From Firmicutes bacterium UBA5286 (GTDB lineage Bacteria > Bacillota > Proteinivoracia > UBA4975), in contig DHSM01000008.1 in NCBI GenBank assembly GCA_002408465.1, positions 3,187 to 67,186 of the forward strand: a stretch of DNA of 64,000 bases, in the 5' to 3' direction. The notes beneath the pieces were generated by a model, which was not told where the DNA came from, searched no databases, and worked only from the letters and a program-made list of their open reading frames with translations. Positions within the stretch are counted from its first letter, which is position 1; each line of letters opens with the position of its first letter. Positions 9,305-18,871 of this stretch are shown in pieces. The position numbers were made by a program, and so were the translations under genes.

Positions 9305-10075
9305 ATGAGAAAACGGTTTTTCGCTTATGCCATGCTCTATGTTCTCTTGGCAACAGTCGCCCTGAGCGGCTGCCAGATTAATCTCCCGCCCTGGAAAAAA
9401 CTTGCCGGCAGAGGTGAAATTATTACTCTGGAAAATTCCCTTTCGGGAGACAAATACTCTTTGGTCATTACTGACATTCAGTTTACCGCCTCTAATACCG
9501 GAGCCATTGAAATTGATGAAGATTTGTCGGACAAGTTTACCCTTTCCACCTATCAAAATATTGCCGATACCATCACTGTCACTGTTGATGACGAAGTCGG
9601 CACAATTCATCTCAAGGGAAACAAAAAATATCGCTATAGTACCGATGATTTTAAAATTCAGGTTGGTGTTCCCCTGGGAAGTGTGGAAATCGACGGCGGC
9701 TTCACCCTGGATCTGAAGCTGCCTTCCGTTACAGATTTTACTCTGAAAATCAACGGCGCCATTTCCGGTGATCTTGCCTTTGACCAGCTGGATACACTGA
9801 CAGTGCAAATTAACGGTGCGAGCAATATTGCCTTGACCGGTGATTGTGAGCAATGCACCGTTTCCATCAATGGCGCCTCGGATATTGATGCTGCAGATTT
9901 CCGCACCCAAGATTCCGCAATCACTATTAACGGTGCCGGAAGCTATACAGTAAATGCTACAGGAACCTTGGATGCTTATGTTAATGGCGTCGGGACCATC
10001 ACATATATTGGTGAACCGGAAAAGATAAACGACAGGATAGTGGGATTGGGCACTATTAAGCAGCAAGGGGAGTAA
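9305..10075 (+). CDS. Putative lipoprotein with DUF2807-like beta-repeat domain
   Basis: Signal peptide + lipobox LSGC; repetitive INGA/ITING beta-strand repeats; 3' end lies inside the 24-bp direct repeat. Confidence 0.6.
   Translation: MRKRFFAYAMLYVLLATVALSGCQINLPPWKKLAGRGEIITLENSLSGDKYSLVITDIQFTASNTGAIEIDEDLSDKFTLSTYQNIADTITVTVDDEVGTIHLKGNKKYRYSTDDFKIQVGVPLGSVEIDGGFTLDLKLPSVTDFTLKINGAISGDLAFDQLDTLTVQINGASNIALTGDCEQCTVSINGASDIDAADFRTQDSAITINGAGSYTVNATGTLDAYVNGVGTITYIGEPEKINDRIVGLGTIKQQGE
10051..10074. repeat. 24-bp perfect direct repeat, copy 1 (cactattaagcagcaaggggagta)
   Basis: Identical 24-mer recurs at 11952-11975; seen in sequence. Confidence 0.9.
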
Positions 10076-10121
10076 CCAAAGTAAGCTAGGTTAACTTAAC
10101 ATTCTTCAAGTCTGCGTTGGC

Positions 10122-10158
10122 AAAAAGGCTGCTGGTATTATCACCGGCGGCTTTTTGT
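10122..10158. terminator. Bidirectional rho-independent terminator (A-tract, GC stem, T-tract)
   Basis: aaaaaggctgctgg...ccggcggctttttg. Confidence 0.5.
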
Positions 10159-10411
10159 GTACCTCGGGGGCACGTAAAATCCGACTTTTACAGTTTAAGA
10201 ATAGTACCCAAAGCTATAAAAAACCGACTTGCCATCCTTGGGTGTATTCTCTACCGATAACTCCTCGATTTCAATGATTGCGCCACTTTAATTCTCAAAG
10301 AAACCTTACGAAAGTAGTTACGAAAATAATCATGCACAAAAAAAGAGGAGTTTACCTATCTATACTGAATATGGTAGTTGATTTCAAAAAAAGTAGGAGG
10401 AGGTATGTTAT

Positions 10412-11251
10412 TTGAAGAAGGTCGCGATTTTTCTGGTCTTATTGCTCGTTGTGAATGCATTGCCTATCCGCGCCTTTGCTCATGATTCAAATGACGGAAT
10501 CGTTTCGAGAGAAGAGGTCAGGCCTGGAATAATAATCGAGAAGGGTACTCATTTAGGAAGTGAATTTGAGAGCACCAGGGAAGGATCACAAGTTACCATT
10601 AGGGTTAAGACAGGGAATAATGTTGAAGTTATTGAGTATGATGAGGTAAGTCCATTTTTCTCGGTGACAACAAACGGACAAAAGGTTACTTATGACCGCC
10701 GAGATTTTTACGTAAAAGGTACAGAAAAAACCATTCAAAACGATGTGTTAGATTACACTATTAATGCGACTGATCCGTATTACGGCGCCCCTTACTATAA
10801 TGTACTGAATGGACAGAAGACAATAACATATCCGTTTCCAGTTACCGCCAGAGCCTATGAATCGTATACATTTTATTCAATCAGTTATGTATCGCTTGAG
10901 GCTCGAGCTTGGGCAACTGTCAGCTTCGTTGTTGCGTTGTTCGCTCTTCCCTGGAATACGGTAATTGCGGCACTTTCTGGTATCATTACAGTGGTTCAGG
11001 GGATTCTTTGCATAAATACAGCAGTAAACGGTAGTAAGAATCACACGAGACAACGTTGGGACAAGTATGCAATAATCTTACAAGACAATAATAGGGTTTG
11101 GGATGAGGAATGGAAGGAAGTGGATTCTTTAGTAACTCGGATAAACGGCATCGACTACGGCCCAGAAATCCTTGAGACCTGGTATACAACCCACTATTTA
11201 GATATCCTTGATTATGCTATAAATTGTTACTTAAATAAGGTACCTTGGTAA
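10412..11251 (+). CDS. Hypothetical secreted/membrane-anchored protein (279 aa), low-GC islet
   Basis: Strong SD aggagg; N-terminal signal peptide; central TM segment; no recognisable family. Confidence 0.6.
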   Translation: MKKVAIFLVLLLVVNALPIRAFAHDSNDGIVSREEVRPGIIIEKGTHLGSEFESTREGSQVTIRVKTGNNVEVIEYDEVSPFFSVTTNGQKVTYDRRDFYVKGTEKTIQNDVLDYTINATDPYYGAPYYNVLNGQKTITYPFPVTARAYESYTFYSISYVSLEARAWATVSFVVALFALPWNTVIAALSGIITVVQGILCINTAVNGSKNHTRQRWDKYAIILQDNNRVWDEEWKEVDSLVTRINGIDYGPEILETWYTTHYLDILDYAINCYLNKVPW

Positions 11252-11293
11252 TCAATAGTTTCATTTTTTGTAACACTTAAAGGTGGTAGAGTA

Positions 11294-11941
11294 ATGTTAC
11301 CTAACATTATAGCGGTCGTCTTATTTATTGCTCCATTTTTTCTCTTCACCGGCGACAGGAAACAATACCGAATGGTGCCCTGGTTCTTTGCCATGTTGCT
11401 TATGCGGACGCAACCAATTCTCCGATCTCTTTCAGACTATGTGTTCCAATTTTTCTGGTTCGCCCTTTTGGTGGGGGCGGTAGTAGAAACAAAAAAGAAA
11501 CCAGTGCTTTGGTTTTATTGTTCTTCCCTACCCGTAGTCGCAGGGGCATTATGGTACTACCATGCTGGCTATGCCGGGGCCATCAATCCTCAATGGCCCC
11601 TGGTGATTTCCGCAGTACTACAGCTAATAGCAATGTACTTTATTAACCCTAAAAAAACCGGGTGGAAGATTGTTGCCAATGTCACCCTGGTGGCAATTAT
11701 TTTCGTTATCATGACCGCCGGCTTGCCCAAGTACACCTATGAAGCCGCTAAGACGAAAATATCTGGCGAAATAAGCGGTGATCTCATTCAGTCGGAGCAA
11801 AGAGAAACAATTTACTCCATACCCCCGATATCCCCCTGTGTGGATCACCTATATGTCTTTCGATTCGAAGAAGCAGGTGTAATTTCTACATTCACCTTTA
11901 ATCCCGTTACAGGGGAAAGGGATAGATGGGATACTAATTAA
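11294..11941 (+). CDS. Hypothetical polytopic membrane protein (215 aa), low-GC islet
   Basis: SD aaaggtgg; 5-6 predicted TM helices; no recognisable family. Confidence 0.55.
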   Translation: MLPNIIAVVLFIAPFFLFTGDRKQYRMVPWFFAMLLMRTQPILRSLSDYVFQFFWFALLVGAVVETKKKPVLWFYCSSLPVVAGALWYYHAGYAGAINPQWPLVISAVLQLIAMYFINPKKTGWKIVANVTLVAIIFVIMTAGLPKYTYEAAKTKISGEISGDLIQSEQRETIYSIPPISPCVDHLYVFRFEEAGVISTFTFNPVTGERDRWDTN

Positions 11942-11951
11942 CCGAACAATC

Positions 11952-11975
11952 CACTATTAAGCAGCAAGGGGAGTA
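11952..11975. repeat. 24-bp perfect direct repeat, copy 2
   Basis: Identical to 10051-10074. Confidence 0.9.
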
Positions 11976-12162
11976 GTGGAACCTAGACAGATGAAATAGA
12001 CAAGACTATTTTGCTGGAATCCGTAAATATCGGGTTCCAGCTTTACTTTCGATTCCTTAAGGTTCTTGGATTCGTCTACTAGACATAATGCTATATTACG
12101 AGAGAACATCGCCATAATCCTTTTGGGGGCAAGCCCATTTTTGTTTGGGAGGTGTTCATTAG

Positions 12163-12732
12163 TTGAAGACTTCTTCAGTTGTTTTGGCCATCCTGCTATC
12201 TTTACTGGTTTTCATCAGCTGTTCCCCGCGGGATGTGAAGTTCCCGGAATTTGCAGCCCAGGAAGATGCCAGCTTAGTACCGAGTGATCTGGATCAATCC
12301 CTAGAAATGTGCCAACAACTTCTGCGTGACTATTATCTATCTAGGGCCAACCCAGGATTGATAGATTTTGAGTGCTATATAGTTGACAAGAACTTGCTGA
12401 AGTACTCCAGAGCAAAAATAGTGAAAGAGGCCCAAAATCTTGAGATTACTGACATAGACATTTCTCTGGCAGGTGCTTATCTTGAAACGGACGGATATTT
12501 AATTTCGCTAGCGGCCCAAGTTAAGCTATCCGGAGATAGTGAATTCGGGGAAGTAACACATTTTCTTGTTAAGAATGTCCAAGGCAGATTGGTGGTAGCA
12601 GATTGGTTTACGGAGCATGGTACAGTGAGTTTCTTTGATTCGCAGCATCGTGGATACTATGGAGTAACGAATCCTCCAATCTGGGAGAATCCGGAAATGG
12701 TTCAGAAACTCCTTGATGGGATTAATCGGTAA
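12163..12732 (+). CDS. Hypothetical lipoprotein (189 aa)
   Basis: TTG start after gggaggtg; signal peptide with lipobox VFISC. Confidence 0.5.
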   Translation: MKTSSVVLAILLSLLVFISCSPRDVKFPEFAAQEDASLVPSDLDQSLEMCQQLLRDYYLSRANPGLIDFECYIVDKNLLKYSRAKIVKEAQNLEITDIDISLAGAYLETDGYLISLAAQVKLSGDSEFGEVTHFLVKNVQGRLVVADWFTEHGTVSFFDSQHRGYYGVTNPPIWENPEMVQKLLDGINR

Positions 12733-13029
12733 GCAATATACATGTGGTAAAGGGGCTGTCACATTAACGGCCCCATAAACTACACAAAAGACGGAAACTG
12801 TTGTATGATATGCTCCCCTTTGGGTGGATACCTGAAATAACCAAATTCAGGATTATGCAGGTGTTCCCCGGGCTCCATCAACCTCAAGTTTCAATGCCGG
12901 TTGTTAAACTTCCCCTTAGTCAAGGGTAGTGGATGTGCTTTCAGGTTGCCAAGAATAATAGAAGGATTACGTAATGGAAAATCGAAGAAAAGTAGCCGGC
13001 ACAAGAAAAGTTGCCGGCATTCTTCTTTT

Positions 13030-13062
13030 GTCTAAGTTCGGGGGCAGATATGGTATAATTAT
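13030..13062 (+). promoter_or_regulatory. Candidate promoter with extended -10 (tgGTATAAT) upstream of DHH-CBS-PolyA-pol gene
   Basis: ttgtct ... atggtataatt seen in sequence ~30 nt upstream of start. Confidence 0.35.
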
Positions 13063-13089
13063 GGGCAGGATTTACGAGGAGGTGAGACT

Positions 13090-15711
13090 ATGGAGGTCAT
13101 TGTCAGCCATGAGGGCACAGATCTTGACGGACTGGCCGCCATGGTCGCTTGCGCAAAATTACATCCCCAAGCTGTCATGGTCCTTGTTGGCGGTCAAAGT
13201 TCGGGGGTTCGCCGCTTTATTACAGAGCATAAAGGCTATTTGCCCCTCTATCAGGCTGGGCAACTGAAACTGGATAATATCTCCACTTTATACATAGTTG
13301 ACGCTCAGGAGCCACAGCAATTGGGGGAGCTGGCCTGGCTCTGCGACAAGGCTGACACCGTAGTCACCTATGATCATCACCCCCCCTATGACCAGGCCGG
13401 TCCAGGCATACGCCAGCAGGTTGGGGCAGTGACCACCTTTCTCGTTGAACAGCTGAGAGACAAACAACTGCCGGTTTCGCCTTTTGAGGCTACCTTGTTT
13501 TTGTTGGGAATTTATGAAGACACTCATTGCTTAACCAATCTATCCACTACCCCCAGGGATATGTTGGCTGCGGCCTGGCTGCTGGAGCAGGGAGGGCGAT
13601 TATCTCAGGTCAGCGATTACATTAATATCCGCCTTGCCCCCCAGCAGCGTGACCTTCTGGAGGCCTTGCTTGGGGAGGCCCGCATTGAGGCAGTCAATGA
13701 GCGCAGTGTCTTAATAATGGCCGCCAGCCTGGAACAGTTTGTCAGCGGCTTAGGAGTGCTCACCCTGCATCTGCTTGAGTTGGAGGACTGTGATTTGGCC
13801 CTCAGCATTGTTAAAATGGAAAACCAGGTGCACCTAATCGCTCGCAGCCGGCGGTCTGACCTTAACCTCCTGGATTTGTTTGCACCTTTAGAGGTCAGGG
13901 GGCATAGGGGGGCCGTCACTATGACATTCAAAAATCTCAGCCCTGCCGCCTTGTATGCCAGGGTTATGGAGCTTTTGCGGCAAAGGCTGCCCAAGGGTCA
14001 GGTGGCTGGCGATATAATGTCTGCACCGGTCAAGACAGTTTTTGAGGAGGCTCCCATTGCCGAAGCCCACCGCCTGTTGTTGCGTTACGGCCATACGGGG
14101 TTTCCTGTGGTCAACCAGCTTCAGGCGGTAATTGGCATTGTTTCCCGCCGGGATATAGAAAAGGCCATGCGCCATAACCTGGGGCAAGCCCCAGTGCGGA
14201 ACTATATGACCCGCAATGTCGTTACGGCGGATGTGCTCGCGTCCCTAGGTGAAGTAACTAGAATCATCGTCCAAAATAATATCGGCCGAGTGCCGGTCCT
14301 GGACCGGGGAAGACTCGTGGGCATCATCACCCGCTCAGATTTGTTAAAACAGATTTACGGCGCCGGCGTGGCCTCTTCGCACAAATCCCTGTTCAGTTCC
14401 GGTGATTACCGGCTGGCTAAACCCGCTGCCAATCTCACCGATCTGATCAACAGCCGGCTTCCCCAGCGGATACAAGGCATATTGATGCTGCTGGGGCAGA
14501 TTGCCCAGCAAGATGGGTTTATGGTCTATGCAGTGGGCGGTTTTGTTCGTGATTTGCTGCTGGGGCTACCGAATTTCGATTTGGATATAGCAGTGGAAGA
14601 CAATGCCATAAAATTTGCCCGCAAACTTGCGGCAGCCACGGGAGGCAAACTGGTCGCCCATGAGGAGATGGGAACAGCCACTTTAACTCTTACTGATGGG
14701 TTCCAGATTGACTTTGCCACCGCCAGAACAGAATTTTACCAATTCCCTGCAGCCACGCCGGAGGTGGAGCAAACCACCATTAAACATGATTTGTACCGCC
14801 GGGATTTTACCATCAATACTCTCGCCTTTGCCCTTAACAGCAGCAGATTCGGTGAGTTCCTTGACTTTTTTAGCGGCTATAAGGATCTTCAGGCTGGGCT
14901 GATCAGGGTGCTGTATAACCTGAGTTTTGTTGAGGACCCCACAAGGATATTAAGGGCAATCAGGTTTGCCTGCCGCTATGGTTTTCGCCTGGAAGAAGAC
15001 ACCAGGATATTGCTGGACAGGGCTTTGGCCGACGATATGTTGGCAAAGACGCCTGCAGCTCGGCTGGGCAGGGAGTTGCGCCAGATGTTTATGGAGCCCA
15101 ACGTGCCTGCTTTGCTTAAGATGGCCCGGGAGCTGGGGGTGTTGCCCAGGCTCATCCCCGGTCTGGAATGGAGCAGAGAACTGGAACGGCAGATTATCGC
15201 AGCTGCCCGCATCAGCCAGTGGAGTAAAGAACAGAGCATATTTCCCCAGGGCTGGCTTCTCTATCCCCTGCTTTTGCTCAAGGAAGCGCCAAGAGAGGCT
15301 TGGGCGGAATCCTTAGAGCAGCTTGGCCTCAGGGGCAGCAAGGAACAACAGCTGGTCTGTCAGGTGGCGGAAGAACTTGAACACTTGAGCCGTGCTTTGC
15401 AGAATGAGGATTTATCCCCAGGGGGCATATTTGATCTTCTCCAACCCCAGCCAACCTTGGCTTTGCTGGCTCTGCTAGCTGCCAATCCAGGAGAAGCAAG
15501 GCTTCGCTCCGCGGTTCTCCTCTACCTGGAAAAACTGGCGGATTTAGAAATAGCAATTGATGGCAACGATTTGCTCCGGTTAGGGGTTGAGGCCGGACCA
15601 AGAATAGGCAGGATTCTTAAAGCTGTCCACAGGGCAAAACTTGACGGCCGGGTGCAGACCCAAGAAGAAGAGCTGGCCCTGGCTGATCGCTTGCACAAGG
15701 AGGGGGAATAG
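13090..15711 (+). CDS. Multidomain DHH/DHHA1 phosphoesterase - tandem CBS - polyA polymerase/tRNA nucleotidyltransferase (CCA-adding-like) protein
   Basis: N-terminal DHH motifs (HEGTDLDGL...DHH), CBS pair, head domain GGFVRDLLLG..DLD and HD-like tail; 873 aa. Confidence 0.8.
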   Translation: MEVIVSHEGTDLDGLAAMVACAKLHPQAVMVLVGGQSSGVRRFITEHKGYLPLYQAGQLKLDNISTLYIVDAQEPQQLGELAWLCDKADTVVTYDHHPPYDQAGPGIRQQVGAVTTFLVEQLRDKQLPVSPFEATLFLLGIYEDTHCLTNLSTTPRDMLAAAWLLEQGGRLSQVSDYINIRLAPQQRDLLEALLGEARIEAVNERSVLIMAASLEQFVSGLGVLTLHLLELEDCDLALSIVKMENQVHLIARSRRSDLNLLDLFAPLEVRGHRGAVTMTFKNLSPAALYARVMELLRQRLPKGQVAGDIMSAPVKTVFEEAPIAEAHRLLLRYGHTGFPVVNQLQAVIGIVSRRDIEKAMRHNLGQAPVRNYMTRNVVTADVLASLGEVTRIIVQNNIGRVPVLDRGRLVGIITRSDLLKQIYGAGVASSHKSLFSSGDYRLAKPAANLTDLINSRLPQRIQGILMLLGQIAQQDGFMVYAVGGFVRDLLLGLPNFDLDIAVEDNAIKFARKLAAATGGKLVAHEEMGTATLTLTDGFQIDFATARTEFYQFPAATPEVEQTTIKHDLYRRDFTINTLAFALNSSRFGEFLDFFSGYKDLQAGLIRVLYNLSFVEDPTRILRAIRFACRYGFRLEEDTRILLDRALADDMLAKTPAARLGRELRQMFMEPNVPALLKMARELGVLPRLIPGLEWSRELERQIIAAARISQWSKEQSIFPQGWLLYPLLLLKEAPREAWAESLEQLGLRGSKEQQLVCQVAEELEHLSRALQNEDLSPGGIFDLLQPQPTLALLALLAANPGEARLRSAVLLYLEKLADLEIAIDGNDLLRLGVEAGPRIGRILKAVHRAKLDGRVQTQEEELALADRLHKEGE

Positions 15712-15713
15712 CC

Positions 15714-16379
15714 ATGTCTTATTTGCAGACTTTTTTTCAGGATCTGTTTTATTGGTTGCCGGCCCTGATAATCGCCATGAGTTTTCATGAATATGCCCAT
15801 GGCAAGGTTGCGGATATGTTGGGGGATCCTACTCCCCGGTATGAAGGGCGGCTGACTTTGAATCCCTTAAAGCATGTGGACCCCATTGGCCTGTTGATGC
15901 TACTTATTGTCAAATTTGGCTGGGCAAAACCGGTACACGTCAATCCACTGTATTTCAAAGGCGACCGCAGGCGGGGCATGCTCCTGGTGGCATTGGCCGG
16001 CCCCGGCATGAATTTTATTCTGGCAGTGCTGGCCGGCACCGCCTGGGCCCTTAGTGTTGTTGCTTCCCTCAAGTGGGGAACGGCAGGGCATGCAATCCGG
16101 TTTTTTGAGTATTTGATGTTGTATAATGTGTACTTGGGCGTCTTCAACCTGCTGCCCATTCCGCCTTTGGACGGGTCCAAGATTCTGATGAATATACTGC
16201 CTTCCCGCTATGCCGGGTTCTTCTACAAAATTGAACAGTATGGCTTTCTGATATTAATTTTGGTGCTGATGACAGGTTTATACCGGTATTTTCTCACCCC
16301 TGTGGCCAATGGAATATTCACAGGCATCTTCGCGCTAGCAGGTTTGATTCTGCGCCTATTTCTGGGGGGTGCTGCATGA
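15714..16379 (+). CDS. Site-2 protease family (peptidase M50) membrane metalloprotease
   Basis: HEYAHG zinc-binding motif, multiple TM helices. Confidence 0.75.
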   Translation: MSYLQTFFQDLFYWLPALIIAMSFHEYAHGKVADMLGDPTPRYEGRLTLNPLKHVDPIGLLMLLIVKFGWAKPVHVNPLYFKGDRRRGMLLVALAGPGMNFILAVLAGTAWALSVVASLKWGTAGHAIRFFEYLMLYNVYLGVFNLLPIPPLDGSKILMNILPSRYAGFFYKIEQYGFLILILVLMTGLYRYFLTPVANGIFTGIFALAGLILRLFLGGAA

Positions 16380-17122
16380 AATCTCAACAACTGTCCCAGG
16401 CTGGCTCCAGGCCCGTTGTCCAGGTCATCTTGCCGGTATTTGAAGGTCCCTTTGATTTGCTGATTTACCTGGTGGAACGGGACAAGCTAGATATTTACAG
16501 CATTGCTATTGCGGACATTACCAGCAGTTATTTGGAAAACTTAAGCCTGGTTGAATTCGACCCTGAGCTGGCCAGCGATTTTATCTATATGGCCGCCTAT
16601 TTGCTTGAACTGAAGTCCCGGTCGCTTCTGCCCCGGGTAGAGCGGGAGCAGCTGGCTGATGAACCTGATCCCCGCCAGGAACTAATCATGCGCCTAGTGG
16701 AATACAAGCGCTTTAAAGAACTGGCGGGGCAATTGGAGACGATGATCACCCTTGAAAACTATGACTATACTCGGCAGCCCACCCTGCCCCTAGAATCCGG
16801 CACCCGGACCCTGGCGCCTTTGTCCCTGGACAATTTGTTTTCCGCCTTTGCCCGTGCCCTGGAAAACAGCCGTGTTGAAGTCCGCAAACTGGCGGTTAAT
16901 GGTGTTCCCATTGAGGAAAAACTGGGGGATCTAAGAAAAAGACTGGCTGCAGGTTCTGCAGGCTTTGCTGAATTGACCCGGGGGCAGGGATTGCAGGAAA
17001 TTATCGTGACCTTTTTGGCGGTCTTGGAACTGGTGCGGCTGGGGGAAGCTGTAGTCTTTCAGGAGAAGGTATTTGCACCTATTATTATTGAATCAGCAGC
17101 AAAGGATGGTCGGGATGCATGA
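16376..17122 (+). CDS. scpA: Segregation and condensation protein A
   Basis: FEGPFDLLIYLVERDKLDIYSIAIADIT motif; followed by scpB. Confidence 0.85.
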   Translation: MKSQQLSQAGSRPVVQVILPVFEGPFDLLIYLVERDKLDIYSIAIADITSSYLENLSLVEFDPELASDFIYMAAYLLELKSRSLLPRVEREQLADEPDPRQELIMRLVEYKRFKELAGQLETMITLENYDYTRQPTLPLESGTRTLAPLSLDNLFSAFARALENSRVEVRKLAVNGVPIEEKLGDLRKRLAAGSAGFAELTRGQGLQEIIVTFLAVLELVRLGEAVVFQEKVFAPIIIESAAKDGRDA

Positions 17123-17615
17123 TTATAATTCAATAGCCGCTTTGGAGGCGGTTTTGTTTGCCAGCGGCGATGCAGTTGCTCTGGACAAACTCTGCTGGGT
17201 TTTCGAGGTGACAGAGCTGCAGCTCAGTCAGTGGCTGGACCAGCTGGAAACAGATTTAGCCGGCAGGGGCATTCGCCTCATTCGCTCTGAAGGGGCAGTG
17301 CAGATGGCTGTTGACAGGAAATATAATGCTTATATAGAGCGCCTGACAGATGACCTCAGGCCCAGCCGCTTGTCCGCTCCTACCCTGGAAACTCTGGCCA
17401 TTATTGCCTACCGTCAGCCTGTAACGCGGCCCGAGATTGAAGATGTTCGCGGGGTCAAGGTGGAAAAGGCCCTGAACACCTTGTTAGCCTATGACATGAT
17501 TACTGAAGTTGGCAGGCGGGAGACCACCGGTCGGCCAATTCTATACGGCACCACTGAAGAATTCCTGCGCCATTTTGGCATCCGGGATTTGTCAGAGTTG
17601 CCCGAACTGAAATAA
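17115..17615 (+). CDS. scpB: Segregation and condensation protein B
   Basis: Winged-helix ScpB signature (LEAVLFASGDAV...; ...TTGRPILYGTTEEFL). Confidence 0.85.
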   Translation: MHDYNSIAALEAVLFASGDAVALDKLCWVFEVTELQLSQWLDQLETDLAGRGIRLIRSEGAVQMAVDRKYNAYIERLTDDLRPSRLSAPTLETLAIIAYRQPVTRPEIEDVRGVKVEKALNTLLAYDMITEVGRRETTGRPILYGTTEEFLRHFGIRDLSELPELK

Positions 17616-17640
17616 CAGCCTCAGGGCTGTTTTTAATTTT
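17616..17640 (+). terminator. Rho-independent terminator after scpB (cagcc tcag ggctg + ttttt)
   Basis: Hairpin plus T-run seen in sequence. Confidence 0.45.
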
Positions 17641-17702
17641 GCCCTCGGCGAACAGGCATTTCTGAATTCCTGTTGGACATACTAATTTTGTGGTGAGGTC
17701 TG

Positions 17703-18413
17703 ATGCTGTATGGTTTCCTGACGGTGTTGGGGATTATTTTAATCTTATTTTTCCTGCCCGTTCGCTTGTGGCTGGATTACAGGCACAGAGGGAAGACTGA
17801 AGACAGTTTGCTGGTGCAGTTCAGCATGCTCGCGGGGCTGATTAACTACTCGGTGGAGGTGCCGGTAATCAGCACCTCTGACAGAGGCCTGGCCCTGGGA
17901 GCGAAAACCGCAAGCAAAAATAAACGCATAAAGCTTTCCATTCCCTCCCCGGATAAGTTTGGCCAGTACTGGCGGCAGTATAATGAGCTGCGGCGTTCCC
18001 TGAAAAGGATTATCCGGTCTTTCCGCAACAATCTCAGGGTCCGGACTTTCGTATGGCAGACAGAATTAGGCATGGCAGACAGCGACCGCCTGGCCATTCT
18101 CACCGGCAGTCTCTGGGCAGTAAAAGGCATGGTCTGTGCAGGTCTTCACTGCTTGTTTACTTTCTCCGCTCCGCCGGTAATCAGAGTTTTCCCCCGCTTC
18201 AACCGCAACTGTTTTCGCATGGCCTTTTCTTGCATATTGGAATTTCCCCTGGGCTATGCTATAATTACAGCCTTTTTAGTCGGATACCAGGCCATTAAAC
18301 TTAAACTGAAAAGAAGGGGTGAAAAAATTGACAGAACATCCAATTCAGGGTCTGATGAAGACAGCCATGGAAAGTATCAGGGAAATGGTAGATGTGAATA
18401 CAGTAATCGGTGA
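17703..18413 (+). CDS. DUF2953-like sporulation-associated membrane protein (often paired with YtfJ/GerW)
   Basis: N-terminal TM helix, basic middle region; genomic pairing with ytfJ; 3' end overlaps ytfJ start so one of the two boundaries is probably wrong. Confidence 0.45.
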   Translation: MLYGFLTVLGIILILFFLPVRLWLDYRHRGKTEDSLLVQFSMLAGLINYSVEVPVISTSDRGLALGAKTASKNKRIKLSIPSPDKFGQYWRQYNELRRSLKRIIRSFRNNLRVRTFVWQTELGMADSDRLAILTGSLWAVKGMVCAGLHCLFTFSAPPVIRVFPRFNRNCFRMAFSCILEFPLGYAIITAFLVGYQAIKLKLKRRGEKIDRTSNSGSDEDSHGKYQGNGRCEYSNR

Positions 18414-18801
18414 TGCAGTGGAGGCCCCCGATGGCAGTGTTATTATTCCAGTGTCCCGGGTGGGTTTGGGTTTTGCCGCAGGGGGCAGCGAATTTGGCGT
18501 TCCCAAAGAGACTGACCTCCCCTTTGGGGGCGGCAGCGGCGCCGGAGTTTCTGTGCAGCCCGTTGGCTTCCTGGTGGTTGGCCAGGGAGCGGTGCGTCTG
18601 TTGCCCGTCAGCCAGGGGGCCATTTTTGACCGGTTGGTGGACCTAGTGCCCCAGCTGGTGGAAAAAATGCAGGAGACATTCAGCAATGGCAACGGCGCCC
18701 ATGACAGCCGGCAAAACTTGCTGAACAGGCAACAGCAGCTGGAAAGACAAGTAGCCGAACTCCAAAATCAAATAAAGCAAAGAACCAATCCCCCCTTATA
18801 A
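18319..18801 (+). CDS. ytfJ: GerW/YtfJ family sporulation protein
   Basis: EHPIQGLMKTAMESIREMVDVNTVIGD...PVSRV signature; true start may be an internal Met (18355). Confidence 0.8.
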   Translation: MKKLTEHPIQGLMKTAMESIREMVDVNTVIGDAVEAPDGSVIIPVSRVGLGFAAGGSEFGVPKETDLPFGGGSGAGVSVQPVGFLVVGQGAVRLLPVSQGAIFDRLVDLVPQLVEKMQETFSNGNGAHDSRQNLLNRQQQLERQVAELQNQIKQRTNPPL

Positions 18802-18815
18802 GGGGATTTTCTTTT
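18786..18815 (+). terminator. Rho-independent terminator after ytfJ
   Basis: ccccttataagggg palindrome followed by attttctttt. Confidence 0.45.
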
Positions 18816-18871
18816 GCCTGTCTTCATAATCCCTTTGCCTCGGTGAATATAATTACCCGGGGGAGGAAGAT

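Noticed and set aside
9215-10066. 283-aa minus-strand ORF
   Set aside because: Completely antisense to the DUF2807 lipoprotein gene; low-complexity composition mirrors the repeats of the sense gene. Spurious.
12974-13267. 97-aa ORF upstream of and overlapping the DHH-CBS-PolyA-pol gene
   Set aside because: Overlaps the promoter and start of a well-supported gene in another frame; no SD. Spurious.
17703-18413. Possibility that DUF2953-like ORF and ytfJ are a single frameshifted gene
   Set aside because: The two belong to different, commonly adjacent families; a 95-nt overlap more likely reflects a mis-called start or stop than a fusion.
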